Positions 1 to 9,826 of a stretch of 64,000 nt of DNA are shown here, piece by piece. Numbering within the stretch: position 1 is the stretch's first letter; every line of letters begins with the position of its first letter. The stretch spans positions 6,531 through 70,530 of the forward strand of contig JAJTHM010000049.1 in the NCBI GenBank assembly GCA_021297855.1, read 5' to 3'. The notes beneath the pieces were generated by a model. The model worked only from the letters and a program-made list of their open reading frames with translations. It was not told the DNA's origin and did no database searches. Origin of the DNA: Sphingobacteriales bacterium. Its GTDB lineage: Bacteria; Bacteroidota; Bacteroidia; Chitinophagales; JADJOU01. A program made the position numbers and the translations under genes.

Positions 1-2
1 TA

Positions 3-785
3 GAAAAACCTGAAGATCTAATTCCTAATGAAACTTATAATCAAGTTTTGGAACAAGACAAATCTCATTTCAGACTTTTCAATACCACAAGTCAAAGTGT
101 GTTTAACGATAACACGGATGGATACAGATTTAGTAATGTCGGTGGATATTCACCTGCCAAGTTATACCGATACCAAGATTTGATAGACGTGCACCTTTCA
201 AAAGGGAATATGCCTGTACTCAATATGCTCAACACGAAATATCTCATAGTAGGCACTCAAGATGGACAAAAAATGCCTCAACAAAACCCTGATGCTTGTG
301 GCAATGCATGGTTTGTCAATGAGGTGAAATTCGCGAAGAATGCGAATGAAGAAATGGATTCCATAGGAACGTTTAATCCTAAAAATACAGCATGGATAGA
401 CCAGCGTTATAAATCAGAGACAAATTTTTCTACGAACTCAGATCCGAATGCTAGTATTAGTTTAATTAAATACCACCCAGACAATATGGAGTATCAATCC
501 AATACCAAAACAGGTGGATTCGTCGTATTCTCTGAGATATGGTATAAAGGAAATGAGGATTGGAACCTCTATGTCAATGGAAAACCACAAAAGCTAGTGC
601 GTGTCAATTATCTGCTTCGTGGAGCTTATATTCCATCGGGAAATAATAAAGTGGAAATGAAGTTTACCGCGACGAAACTCGGAAAATACAAAATGATAGG
701 ATATATAGGGAGTTTTATTATTTTCTTCCTATGCCTTGGTATCATTTTTTATATTAAGAAAAGGAGTACAGTGTCTAATGTATGA
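3..785 (+). CDS. YfhO-family polytopic membrane protein, C-terminal part (5' end lies left of the window)
   Basis: The frame is open from nt 3, so the TTG at 48 in the ORF track is probably internal. The stretch GGYSPAKLYRYQDLID...VLNMLNTKYLIV and a terminal TM helix (IGYIGSFIIFFLCLGIIFYI) resemble YfhO-type glycan-modifying membrane proteins. It sits at the head of a glycan cluster. Confidence 0.6.
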   Translation, partial: EKPEDLIPNETYNQVLEQDKSHFRLFNTTSQSVFNDNTDGYRFSNVGGYSPAKLYRYQDLIDVHLSKGNMPVLNMLNTKYLIVGTQDGQKMPQQNPDACGNAWFVNEVKFAKNANEEMDSIGTFNPKNTAWIDQRYKSETNFSTNSDPNASISLIKYHPDNMEYQSNTKTGGFVVFSEIWYKGNEDWNLYVNGKPQKLVRVNYLLRGAYIPSGNNKVEMKFTATKLGKYKMIGYIGSFIIFFLCLGIIFYIKKRSTVSNV

Positions 786-2097
786 CCGTAAGCGTATTCT
801 AATTATTAATTACTACTGGCCCCCTTGTGGTGGACCTGCAGTTCAACGTTGGCTTGATTTTGCTAATCGCTTTGCCACAGATAAATTTGAAGTTCATATT
901 CTGACAGTGAGTCCAGAAACTGCAACTTTTACTTCAATAGATCAAAGTCTAGTTAAAGAAATAAATTCATCTATTAAAGTTCACCATGCTGACGCTAGTG
1001 ATTATTTTTGGTTGTATAAAAAATTCCTAGGCAAAGGCAAAGTGCCTGGAAATGCGCTAGCAGATGAAGATAATCCAAACGTATTAAAAAAAATAGCTCG
1101 ATTCCTCAGAGGGAATTTTTTTCTACCAGACCCACGAAGAGGATGGAATGCTAATGCAAAAAAGGAAGCCCTATCTATAATTAAACAAGATAAGATTGAT
1201 ATAATAATTACTGCGGGGCCGCCGCAATCCACTCATTTAATTGGATTGGATATAAAGCGACAGTTTCCAAATCTATTTTGGATAGCTGATTTCCACGATT
1301 ATTGGACCGACGTTTTCTTTCTAGATAAATTCTATCGTACTCGATTAGCTAGATGGGTGGATCGAAAATATGAGAAATCCGTTTTGATCAGCGCCAATCA
1401 CGTATTAACCCATACGGATTATGGTCAAAAATTGTACTATGATAAAGTCAAAGGAGAAAGAACTCCCAATTTTATTAGCGTAGTTCGTATGGGATACGAT
1501 GAACAAAAATTTAGAAACTTTGAAAAAACGGAGCCTAGTACCAGCTTTAAAATCACCTATACCGGCACATTGGCTGACTATTATGACCCTGAGTGCGTTT
1601 TAGATGCCTTGAATGATATTGTTGGGCTAAAAAATGGCTTAGACTTTGAATTGCATTTGGTCGGGATCATCTCACCTAAAATTAAAGCCTACATTGAAAA
1701 AACAAATTTAAAGAAGAAAACTTTTTTTCATGGATATATACCGCACAAAGAGTCAATAAGAATTTTGTTTTCTTCAAATCTACTTTTGCTTTTTAATCCC
1801 AATGTTAAAAATGATATTGGCATTGTGCCAGGTAAGATCTTTGAATACATGGCGACAGGTATACCCATATTAAGTATTTCATCGCATGGCAGTGAAAATG
1901 AAAAACTTTTAGAAAAGCACAAGGCAGGTGTTAATTTTGAAAGAAGTGAGCTTAAAGAATTGACTAAGTATTTCATTGAACTATTTGAAAGATGGTCGAC
2001 AAGTACAAAGAAAATATCATTTCATACAAAGAAAGAAGTTGCGCATTCTCGAAAAGATGAATATAAAAAAATTAAGAGGGCTATTGAGTCCGATTAA
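778..2097 (+). CDS. glycosyltransferase (GT-B fold, group-1-like)
   Basis: ORF 736..2097. The likely start is the ATG at 778 (MYDRKRILIINYYWPPCGGPAVQRW). The N-terminal GT-B motif ILIINYYWPP.GG and the C-terminal KIFEYMATGIPIL are typical of group-1 glycosyltransferases. Confidence 0.7.
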   Translation: MYDRKRILIINYYWPPCGGPAVQRWLDFANRFATDKFEVHILTVSPETATFTSIDQSLVKEINSSIKVHHADASDYFWLYKKFLGKGKVPGNALADEDNPNVLKKIARFLRGNFFLPDPRRGWNANAKKEALSIIKQDKIDIIITAGPPQSTHLIGLDIKRQFPNLFWIADFHDYWTDVFFLDKFYRTRLARWVDRKYEKSVLISANHVLTHTDYGQKLYYDKVKGERTPNFISVVRMGYDEQKFRNFEKTEPSTSFKITYTGTLADYYDPECVLDALNDIVGLKNGLDFELHLVGIISPKIKAYIEKTNLKKKTFFHGYIPHKESIRILFSSNLLLLFNPNVKNDIGIVPGKIFEYMATGIPILSISSHGSENEKLLEKHKAGVNFERSELKELTKYFIELFERWSTSTKKISFHTKKEVAHSRKDEYKKIKRAIESD

Positions 2098-2344
2098 GTA
2101 GTGCTTGTATTTAATTAGAATTTATATATTTCAATCGATGTATCTTTTGCTTTTTTGATTAAAAAAAATCATAAAATCGCATTATATCATAAAAAAATGA
2201 TGCTGAAAATGTGGCTCCCTAAGCAATTAGTTTTCCATACGACTTAAGACTAAAGTTAATATATTTGTACAAAATTTAAGCCCAAGTAAATTCGCAGATT
2301 AATTTTCTCATTTTATAAACTGAGGCATAAAATCGTAATACAAG

Positions 2345-3016
2345 ATGAATAGTATTTTAAGACAAATTTCATGGATAATTCGCTATCCACGGAAGTATTA
2401 TATTTTTCAAAAATGTAGAAATCACTCTATGTTCGGACATCCAGCGTTTATAACAAATTTACTTTTATCAGATACAGTCCATCAACTGGATGGCAGCATA
2501 GTAGAGTGTGGTACATGGAGAGGAGGAATGTCTGCAGGATTCTCCTTAAACCTAGGCAAAAATAGGAAAGTGTTTTTATTCGATAGTTTTGAAGGATTGC
2601 CAGATGTAACCAAAAAAGATGGTGAAAAGGCGAAAGAATATCAAATTCAAACCAAGTTTGACCCTACATTCGGCCATAACAATTGCACAGCGGAAATTGA
2701 AAAAGCCCTACAAATTATGAAAACTACAGGTGCAGAGTTTGAGATAATAAAAGGATGGTTCGATGACACTATACCTAATTTTAATAAAGATATGAAAATA
2801 GCTTTATTACATTTAGATGGAGATTGGTATGATTCCACGATGGTTTGTTTGGAAAATTTTTACGACAAAGTTGTCCCTGGAGGAATCATCATATTAGATG
2901 ATTATACGAATTGGGAAGGATGTACTAAGGCTGTGAATGATTTTTTAAGCAAAAATGATCTAGGCATTGCAATACGGCAATACAATAATTTAGTATCCTA
3001 TTTTGTAAAACCATAA
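2345..3016 (+). CDS. TylF/macrocin-O-methyltransferase-family class I SAM methyltransferase
   Basis: The motifs GSIVECGTWRGGMS, FDSFEGLP, LLHLDGDWYDST and IIILDDY are the characteristic TylF-family signature. A TATATTTG -7 box lies about 70 nt upstream. Confidence 0.8.
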   Translation: MNSILRQISWIIRYPRKYYIFQKCRNHSMFGHPAFITNLLLSDTVHQLDGSIVECGTWRGGMSAGFSLNLGKNRKVFLFDSFEGLPDVTKKDGEKAKEYQIQTKFDPTFGHNNCTAEIEKALQIMKTTGAEFEIIKGWFDDTIPNFNKDMKIALLHLDGDWYDSTMVCLENFYDKVVPGGIIILDDYTNWEGCTKAVNDFLSKNDLGIAIRQYNNLVSYFVKP

Positions 3017-3071
3017 ACATTATAATTGACTTAGTCTGTATTTTCTGATATGAATTAATTTTACCTAGAAA

Positions 3072-4280
3072 TTATTGTTCTGTGTTGTAAAATAATTTTC
3101 TGTAGGCATTTTGAAATTTTTCACTCGAAAATCTATGTATATATTCAAAAGCATTATTTGAGACTTCGTTTAGTTTTTCTGATGACAACTCTGATATATT
3201 TCTTAGTTTCCCAATAGTTTCTTTTATCATCGCCTCCTCATCAAAAGTTTCATCTATTAAAAAGCCATTGACTTTATCCTGAATATGTTCTGGAATTGCG
3301 TCAACAGCTGGGACTAATGGAATTGCCCCCCATGACATAGCCTCCATGATGACTATCGGAAAACCTTCAAAGGCTGAAGTCATTAATAAGATATCCCCAT
3401 TTTTATGGAATTCATACATTTCTTCGCCCCCATTAAGTTCACCATGATAAATTACATTAGCTTTCACTTGTTCGGTTAATTCATTCTCAAAACTACCGGC
3501 CAAATGAAACTCAAAAGGCAATTTAAGATTAAGCGACTCCTCGATTATCTTAAATAATATCCACAGTCGTTTTTGCCTTCCGCCTCGTCCTGCATAATAA
3601 ACTTTTAAAGGGTAAGTATAATTTCTAAAGGTAAAGGATTGAGGGATATACTCCAGTCTATATTCAATTTTCACTATTCTATCTAGATAATTTAGTGGGA
3701 TACCTTCTTGTTCATAGCATTTTTTAAACTTTTCAAAAAAGACATCCCCAATTATTATCCTTGAATCTATATATGAAATAAAAGGCGCCCAAACATATGT
3801 GAATACAGGATCATAGGCATGTATTAATTCAATTTTTCGAATTCCTTTTTTAATATGAGGCAATACTTTATAGCCAAAATTTGATTGTCCGTTAAATACT
3901 ATAGGAGTTTCTTTTTGATTATTAATATACCCACTAATTATTCCTCTATAAATAAAATTCATAAAGTAAATCCATTTACAATCTGTCCATCTACTAATTT
4001 CATGAATTGTAGAAAATGAATTATGAAAGAAATGTCTCATGCCATTATTAGCAGATTTTTTTGTGAAAAAAATTATACTTTTTTTGTCTGGAAATGATTT
4101 GACTATCTCAGCATTAATTCTTTCAGCGCCTCCAATTGTATAAAATGGGAAGATAAAAAAAATATCATAAGATTGATCTAGCGGTTTCAGTTTAGCAATC
4201 ATTCTACCTAGAAACACAAAAGGCTTCATAATTAACTCCTCGACGAATCGTTTAAAAAGAAAGATTTGATACTTTTGCAT
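3072..4280 (-). CDS. glycosyltransferase family 4 (group 1)
   Basis: The C-terminal SAFEGFPIVIMEAMSWGAIPLVPAVDAIPEHI is the E-x7-E GT4 motif. Its ATG overlaps the stop of the upstream gene by 1 nt (TAATG). Confidence 0.8.
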   Translation of the reverse strand: MQKYQIFLFKRFVEELIMKPFVFLGRMIAKLKPLDQSYDIFFIFPFYTIGGAERINAEIVKSFPDKKSIIFFTKKSANNGMRHFFHNSFSTIHEISRWTDCKWIYFMNFIYRGIISGYINNQKETPIVFNGQSNFGYKVLPHIKKGIRKIELIHAYDPVFTYVWAPFISYIDSRIIIGDVFFEKFKKCYEQEGIPLNYLDRIVKIEYRLEYIPQSFTFRNYTYPLKVYYAGRGGRQKRLWILFKIIEESLNLKLPFEFHLAGSFENELTEQVKANVIYHGELNGGEEMYEFHKNGDILLMTSAFEGFPIVIMEAMSWGAIPLVPAVDAIPEHIQDKVNGFLIDETFDEEAMIKETIGKLRNISELSSEKLNEVSNNAFEYIHRFSSEKFQNAYRKLFYNTEQ

Positions 4281-4972
4281 TAATTTTTTACTTTTCTACA
4301 CAAAACAAAATTACTTATGTACAGCTTATCTTTAAATAATTTTTTGAGTATCCTTTGTTGACTTAATATCCCTAAACAATTCAATGGAAATATAGTTACA
4401 AGCAGTAAAACATATTTAAGAAAGGGAATTCTTGAAATATAATTATTTAAAAAAATATTTAGAAGTTGGATGATTGCGGTGACATCCATTCCACTTTTCT
4501 TGAAATAAATGATTTCAAAGTTATGCCTTTTTAAAATAGTTGTGAGTCCATAACTCGTATATCTAGCAAAATCATAAGGAGCTTCATGTTCACCAAGAGA
4601 AAAAGGACATGTAATAAATAATTCACCGTCAGGTCTAAGAACCCTTCCTATCTCAGAAAGCACGATATCAATATCAAATACATGCTCAAACACCTCGGTG
4701 CAGACACAATTATTTATTGAATTATTCTCTAGATTGATCTTCTTACCATCATACTCTATGTCAGTAACTGATTTATGTCCAAGAAATCTATCTGATGGAA
4801 AATCTAATCCAATATAAGTCGTATTTTTTAAAAACAAAGATTCATAAGGCTTACTCCCACAACCAAAATCCAAAACTACACCTGTAAATCTATCAGCAAT
4901 AGATTTAACTTCTTTGTAGATATTTCTTTTTATTAAATACTCGGAACTAAAGAAAATAGAATAGTTGGTCAT
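4280..4972 (-). CDS. class I SAM-dependent methyltransferase
   Basis: It carries SAM-binding motif I, VLDFGCGSKPY, plus motif post-I/II (IGLD, CTEVFEHV). It is tightly packed in the operon. Confidence 0.75.
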   Translation of the reverse strand: MTNYSIFFSSEYLIKRNIYKEVKSIADRFTGVVLDFGCGSKPYESLFLKNTTYIGLDFPSDRFLGHKSVTDIEYDGKKINLENNSINNCVCTEVFEHVFDIDIVLSEIGRVLRPDGELFITCPFSLGEHEAPYDFARYTSYGLTTILKRHNFEIIYFKKSGMDVTAIIQLLNIFLNNYISRIPFLKYVLLLVTIFPLNCLGILSQQRILKKLFKDKLYISNFVLCRKVKN

Positions 4973-4974
4973 AT

Positions 4975-5805
4975 CTAAAATTTACTGATCTTATTCTTGT
5001 TTAAGAGATATTTATATAGTGCCTGAGCATACTTCTGTATACTTAGCTTAAGTATCCAAAAAAATGGAGATGAATTAAACCTATCAAAATAATACTTATT
5101 TACCCCTTCGTAGTCAAAATAACCAGGGTATTTACTTTGGATATATTCTAAATTATTATCTCTTTCCTTTTTAGAATAACTTCGAATCATAGAATCCGAG
5201 AGTACTCGGTATTTTTGGACAGTTTGATTTAAATAATGCAACTTATGCTGATACACGCAAAGCCGAAGCCACAATTCCCAATCTTCCATTCCATGCTTTG
5301 GCATTTTATCGTCATAACCTCCAAGTTCTTTTAGGGTTTCTTTTCTAAATAGAGCACATGCATCTATATAATTGTATAAACTTAATGTTTGGAATACTAT
5401 GGGGCCATTATGTATATTTCCTGTTTTGGCTCCAAACATTTCTGAGTTTCCATACGCAGCAGTGTAATCAGGGTTGTTTTCAAGAAAATCTATGCCATCA
5501 GTTAGATAAGCCTCAGTTAAAAGATTATCAGAATCTAATGGAAGAAAGTACTTCCCTCTAGCTAGTTCTAGTCCACGGTTTCTTGTGCGAGCTAAACCCA
5601 TATTATCGTGACATACCAGTTGTATATTTGGATTTTTAGATACTATTTCTTCCAATATAGTATTTGTATGCATATCTGTAGAACCATCATTTAGGATAAT
5701 AATTTCATGTATTTCGAAATCTATTACATTTAATACGCTTTGAATAGTCTCTTCAATATAAATTCCATGATTATAACATGGAATGACAATGGAAAGTAGC
5801 ATCAA
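4975..5805 (-). CDS. glycosyltransferase family 2
   Basis: LSIVIPCYNHGIYIEETIQSVL, ILNDGSTD and LDSDN (DxD) are classical GT2 N-terminal motifs. Confidence 0.85.
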   Translation of the reverse strand: MMLLSIVIPCYNHGIYIEETIQSVLNVIDFEIHEIIILNDGSTDMHTNTILEEIVSKNPNIQLVCHDNMGLARTRNRGLELARGKYFLPLDSDNLLTEAYLTDGIDFLENNPDYTAAYGNSEMFGAKTGNIHNGPIVFQTLSLYNYIDACALFRKETLKELGGYDDKMPKHGMEDWELWLRLCVYQHKLHYLNQTVQKYRVLSDSMIRSYSKKERDNNLEYIQSKYPGYFDYEGVNKYYFDRFNSSPFFWILKLSIQKYAQALYKYLLNKNKISKF

Positions 5806-6536
5806 AAAATATTTTTGAGAAAGACCTTTAGGCGATATAGCATAAAGAGTATCGTCTCTTTGATTGAATCTAGCCTATTTGATTTATAAACATAGTAATT
5901 ATACATATCTGGATGAATTCTATCTGGATTATACTTTGGAACATAATTAGCAAATAACCTTTGTAAATCGTTAGAATCTTTTCTAATAAATAAAATAGTG
6001 TTTTGTCTATACCAGGCATCAATCTTACTATTATCCCAAATGCTATCTCTTAATATATCGATTGCTCGATAGTTGTTTTTATCAAATAACTTAATCCAGT
6101 ATGATTGCCATTGCTCATTTACGTGGTCGGTACCTTGTTGATTTGGTATAGCTGCGGAAAATAATACGACATCTCCGTGATTGACCAAAGACTCAATGAA
6201 TATATCGGCAGAACTTTCTGGCAAATGCTCTGCTACTTCCATGCTTATTACTAAGTGAAATTTTGAATTCAAATCAAATCCTTTCTTCAAATCTTTGGCA
6301 ATAAACTTTTCTACTGGGATTAGTAGTTTATTCGTTTCTAGGACATAACTTCCGTCTATGCCAATATAATTATCATTGCATAATTCCGAATAGGCTTTTG
6401 ACCATGCCCCATTCCCACATCCTACATCCAAAAAACTTTGAAATTTATAGTGCTTTTGGAGCTCTTGCAAAATTTCAATTGCAGAATTAGATGAACCTAG
6501 CTCCCTATCAGAATAAAAGTTGCGATTATACCTCAT
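5802..6536 (-). CDS. class I SAM-dependent methyltransferase
   Basis: It has FLDVGCGNGAWS (motif I) and LVISMEVAEHLPE. It overlaps both neighbours (4 nt and 11 nt), consistent with translational coupling. Confidence 0.75.
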   Translation of the reverse strand: MRYNRNFYSDRELGSSNSAIEILQELQKHYKFQSFLDVGCGNGAWSKAYSELCNDNYIGIDGSYVLETNKLLIPVEKFIAKDLKKGFDLNSKFHLVISMEVAEHLPESSADIFIESLVNHGDVVLFSAAIPNQQGTDHVNEQWQSYWIKLFDKNNYRAIDILRDSIWDNSKIDAWYRQNTILFIRKDSNDLQRLFANYVPKYNPDRIHPDMYNYYVYKSNRLDSIKETILFMLYRLKVFLKNIF

Positions 6537-7524
6537 GTTTGAAACTATTATATGCTATTATAGACCCATTATTATCAAATCTAAAAGCAATCTCGACAAA
6601 TTTACTCATTTTTTTTCTAAAATCTTGTTTTTCTCCATCGACGTAAAATAGAAAGAATCCTCCACCACCTGCCCCTAACAGCTTCCCTCCAACTGCACCG
6701 CTCTTCAAGGCAATCTCATACATTTCGTCTAAATGATTATTTGAAATCGCTGATGATAGTTTCTTTTTCGCCAACCAAGTGGAGTTTAATAGCTTGCCAA
6801 ACTCTATCAATGACACAGAATCGTCTGACAAAATATTCATGCCTTCCTGAACCATGTTGTAAATATCTTTCAACTCCACCATAACCTTCTTTTCCTTAGT
6901 CTTTTCTACCTGTTCTTTTAGGACTTCTGTCGCGAATCTGCTAATTCCAGTGTAATACAGCAATAAGTTGCTTTCCAATAATGCTTTGCGATCATTTTTC
7001 ATAACAACAGGCTGAATTTCATATCCTGAGCGAGAAAGCTTCATATAGTTCAGCCCCCCAACGGCAGCAGCTAACTGGTCTTGAACTCCTACATTTTCTT
7101 GCAAAACGTTTTTTTCTATAAAAATAGCTTCTTTGGCATACTCAATTTGACTCTTAACTTTACCCTGATAGGCATATAAGCCGTTCAACAAACCAACCGT
7201 AAAACTAGAGCTACTGCCTAAGCCTGTTCTTGCGGGTAAATCACTAAAAATATTAATATCTAATCCTTCGTTTATATTTAAATAGCGCAGCGTTTCACGC
7301 ACAGATGGATGATCTATTTCATCTATGGAATTGCACAATTCAACCTTTTTATAGGCTATTCTGTACTTCTCGTCTAATAGTCCGCCAATTTTATTTATAG
7401 TAATATAAACATACTTGTCAATTGTGGTGCTTAAGACACAGCCTCCAAACTCATCAAAGTACTCAGGATAATCCGTTCCTCCGCCAAAAAAGCTTATGCG
7501 TACTGGGGTTTTTGAAATAATCAT
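6526..7524 (-). CDS. GHMP-family sugar kinase (HddA / heptose-7-phosphate-kinase-like)
   Basis: The N-terminus is SKTPVRISFFGGGTDYPEYF. GHMP motif II is LPARTGLGSSSSF and motif III is KLLGAGGGGFFLFY. Confidence 0.8.
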   Translation of the reverse strand: MIISKTPVRISFFGGGTDYPEYFDEFGGCVLSTTIDKYVYITINKIGGLLDEKYRIAYKKVELCNSIDEIDHPSVRETLRYLNINEGLDINIFSDLPARTGLGSSSSFTVGLLNGLYAYQGKVKSQIEYAKEAIFIEKNVLQENVGVQDQLAAAVGGLNYMKLSRSGYEIQPVVMKNDRKALLESNLLLYYTGISRFATEVLKEQVEKTKEKKVMVELKDIYNMVQEGMNILSDDSVSLIEFGKLLNSTWLAKKKLSSAISNNHLDEMYEIALKSGAVGGKLLGAGGGGFFLFYVDGEKQDFRKKMSKFVEIAFRFDNNGSIIAYNSFKHEV

Positions 7525-7527
7525 TTG

Positions 7528-8181
7528 CTAAAACTGAATTTCTGGAACTTCTCCTTGAATAATTAAATTGCCCTCTGTAGCGCCTTTAATAAAATCAATG
7601 CTGACTCCTGGTGCTCGCTCCAAAAGATAAAAACTCCCGTCTTTGATATCTAGGACCGCTATATCTGAAACTATTTTTGTCACACATTTTATCCCGGTCA
7701 AAGGCAATGAACAATGTTTTAGTAGTTTAGATTTGCCATCTTTTGAACAATGCTGCATCGCTACAATTATATTTTTGGCACTAGCCACGAGGTCCATGGC
7801 TCCTCCCATACCTTTTACCATCTTCCCTGGTATTTTCCAGTTGGCTATATCTCCATTTTCGGAGACTTCCATAGCCCCCAATATCGTTAAGTCAACTTTC
7901 TGTGCACGAATCATTCCAAAACTAGCGGCGCTATCAAATATCGACGAACCAGGAAGGGTCGTTATGGTTTGCTTACCCGCATTGATTAAATCAGCATCCT
8001 CCTCGCCTTCAAAGGGAAATGGCCCCATCCCCAACAATCCATTTTCACTTTGCAAAACTACTTCTATATTACTTGGTATATAATTGGCCACCAAAGTAGG
8101 GATACCGATTCCAAGATTTACATACATCCCATCTTTCAATTCTCTGGAAATTCGCCGAGCTATCTGCTCTTTAGTCAACAT
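7528..8181 (-). CDS. scoB: 3-oxoacid CoA-transferase, subunit B
   Basis: MLTKEQIARRISRELKDGMYVNLGIGIPTLVANYIP and SENGLLGMGP match the class I CoA-transferase beta subunit (catalytic Glu in SENG). No alpha subunit lies adjacent. Confidence 0.88.
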   Translation of the reverse strand: MLTKEQIARRISRELKDGMYVNLGIGIPTLVANYIPSNIEVVLQSENGLLGMGPFPFEGEEDADLINAGKQTITTLPGSSIFDSAASFGMIRAQKVDLTILGAMEVSENGDIANWKIPGKMVKGMGGAMDLVASAKNIIVAMQHCSKDGKSKLLKHCSLPLTGIKCVTKIVSDIAVLDIKDGSFYLLERAPGVSIDFIKGATEGNLIIQGEVPEIQF

Positions 8182-8186
8182 ATAAT

Positions 8187-9146
8187 TTATTTAAACTGAA
8201 CAAATGTAGCAAAAAATGCCATAATTAAACCGAAAAATAATAAGAAATTCTTGGTCCGATAACTGCGTATTTCAAACAAGAAAGGCAATAAATAGAAACT
8301 AGCTAAAATCATTACTAAAAAATAGGCCTTGTTTCCCGCAACATTAAAAAGAAGATAAACCGACAGGACAGATAGAAAACAAAAGAATAAATAAATATAG
8401 AATTTTCTCGTATTTATGGTGAATGAGTTAACAATCGGAAAGGTCAAAAACGCAGATAGGACTGCAATACCGAATAATAGCCACTCCCAGTTGGACAACA
8501 AGTTATAACTCACTAAAAAATAGGATGAAATAAGTTTAATAAATACGCTTTCTAAATTGAAAAGAACCAATATACTTGTCAGAATCACTAAAGGGGAAAA
8601 AAATCCAATAATCAAAGCAAGTAAATCTCTAAATCTGCTTTTGCCAAAAATAACCAAAGCAAAAATTATTGGCAATAGAAAGAATATCATACTAGAAGAA
8701 ATGAATATGGATACTGTGAAAACAAAGCCCAGATTAAAAAAATTGGCAACAGTATCCTTCCTTTGATCCGTATGAATCAAAGACAGAGATAAAATTAAAA
8801 ACAAGAAACCAACCAATACATGTTCTAGACTATATGGGAAAATAAAAGCTAGAAGAGTATTTACCCCAAAGACGAACTGAAAAACCAAACCCGCTTTGGA
8901 ATGATAACTAAAATGCTTGTATAACAGAGAAAAAAAGTAGAAGCAAAAAAGGACAATAGTGAAAATAAGACCCTTTAAAACGTTTATGTTCCAACTAGTA
9001 CTGTCGATAATATGATTGAACAAAAATGAACCTTCATTATCTAAATTCAGTTCGCCAATAAAAAAGACTTTTAAGCCAATTAAAAGAATTAAAAGTGAAA
9101 AAAAAAGGTATGCTATTATTGATTCTTTTTCAAATAACTTAAACAT
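8187..9146 (-). CDS. polytopic integral membrane protein, unknown function
   Basis: The 319-aa product is almost entirely hydrophobic, with about 9-10 predicted TM helices by eye. I recognised no catalytic motif. Confidence 0.6.
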   Translation of the reverse strand: MFKLFEKESIIAYLFFSLLILLIGLKVFFIGELNLDNEGSFLFNHIIDSTSWNINVLKGLIFTIVLFCFYFFSLLYKHFSYHSKAGLVFQFVFGVNTLLAFIFPYSLEHVLVGFLFLILSLSLIHTDQRKDTVANFFNLGFVFTVSIFISSSMIFFLLPIIFALVIFGKSRFRDLLALIIGFFSPLVILTSILVLFNLESVFIKLISSYFLVSYNLLSNWEWLLFGIAVLSAFLTFPIVNSFTINTRKFYIYLFFCFLSVLSVYLLFNVAGNKAYFLVMILASFYLLPFLFEIRSYRTKNFLLFFGLIMAFFATFVQFK

Positions 9147-9166
9147 ACCGAATTAGGTCGTTGAGA

Positions 9167-9757
9167 TTAATTCTTGTTGAGGTCTTCTACCAACTCATTA
9201 GTGATATCCCTATTTCTATCAAAATAGAGTATCATTCCATTCGTCGTATAACCCATAACGACATCACAGTTGTATTTTGATTTATTTTCGTTGAAGTATT
9301 CTTCAACTTTCTTATATAAATCTTTAGTCGCCTTATCCATTTTATCAGCCAAATTCTTTGCCATGCTTTGTTCCTCGGTCTGCAAAGCACCCATACGCGA
9401 CTGCAATGAACCCATCTGAGACTGAGCCTGTTGCTGACTTATTTGTCCACTTTGAGCTTGTTGCATAATTTTAGCATACTCATTTTGCAAACTTCCTGCT
9501 TTTGTTTCCAATTGCTTTTTTGATGCTTTTTGACTGGCTTCTATTTCTGCTTTGAATTTTTTATAATCCTCATATTTACTAAAAAAGGTATCTATATTAA
9601 CGAAGGCCACCTTGCTGCCCTGTGCACTTGCCATATCTTTTGCCGTCGGATTCAATTTGACACTTGGTGATGCGGATTTAAAGTGAAGAAAAAATAATAC
9701 GGCTACAGCTACTCCTAATACTCCTAGTATGATGTTTGTTAAAGTTGAATTATTCAT
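9167..9757 (-). CDS. OmpH/Skp-family periplasmic chaperone-like protein
   Basis: The likely start is the ATG at 9757 (MNNSTLTNIILGVLGVAVAVLFF signal/anchor). It has a Q/K/E-rich coiled-coil core and a C-terminal YNCDVVMGY...ILYFD...DIT motif typical of OmpH. Confidence 0.7.
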   Translation of the reverse strand: MNNSTLTNIILGVLGVAVAVLFFLHFKSASPSVKLNPTAKDMASAQGSKVAFVNIDTFFSKYEDYKKFKAEIEASQKASKKQLETKAGSLQNEYAKIMQQAQSGQISQQQAQSQMGSLQSRMGALQTEEQSMAKNLADKMDKATKDLYKKVEEYFNENKSKYNCDVVMGYTTNGMILYFDRNRDITNELVEDLNKN

Positions 9758-9826
9758 TTTTTGTGTTTTTAGGTGCAAGCTGCACAGAGCAACTTACGAG
9801 AATTAAAATTTATTATTAGTTAATAT

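Noticed and set aside
7643-8083. 146-aa + strand ORF inside scoB, and many similar antisense ORFs in the track (e.g. 1002..1232, 1728..1976, 2647..2838, 5358..5561, 8557..8766, 9852..10097, 14872..15132, 28846..29046, 32745..33071, 35805..36092, 38093..39082, 50528..51961, 61179..62129).
   Set aside because: Each lies entirely within, and antisense or out of frame to, a longer ORF with clear family motifs. Their translations are low-complexity with no recognisable motifs. They are shadow ORFs.
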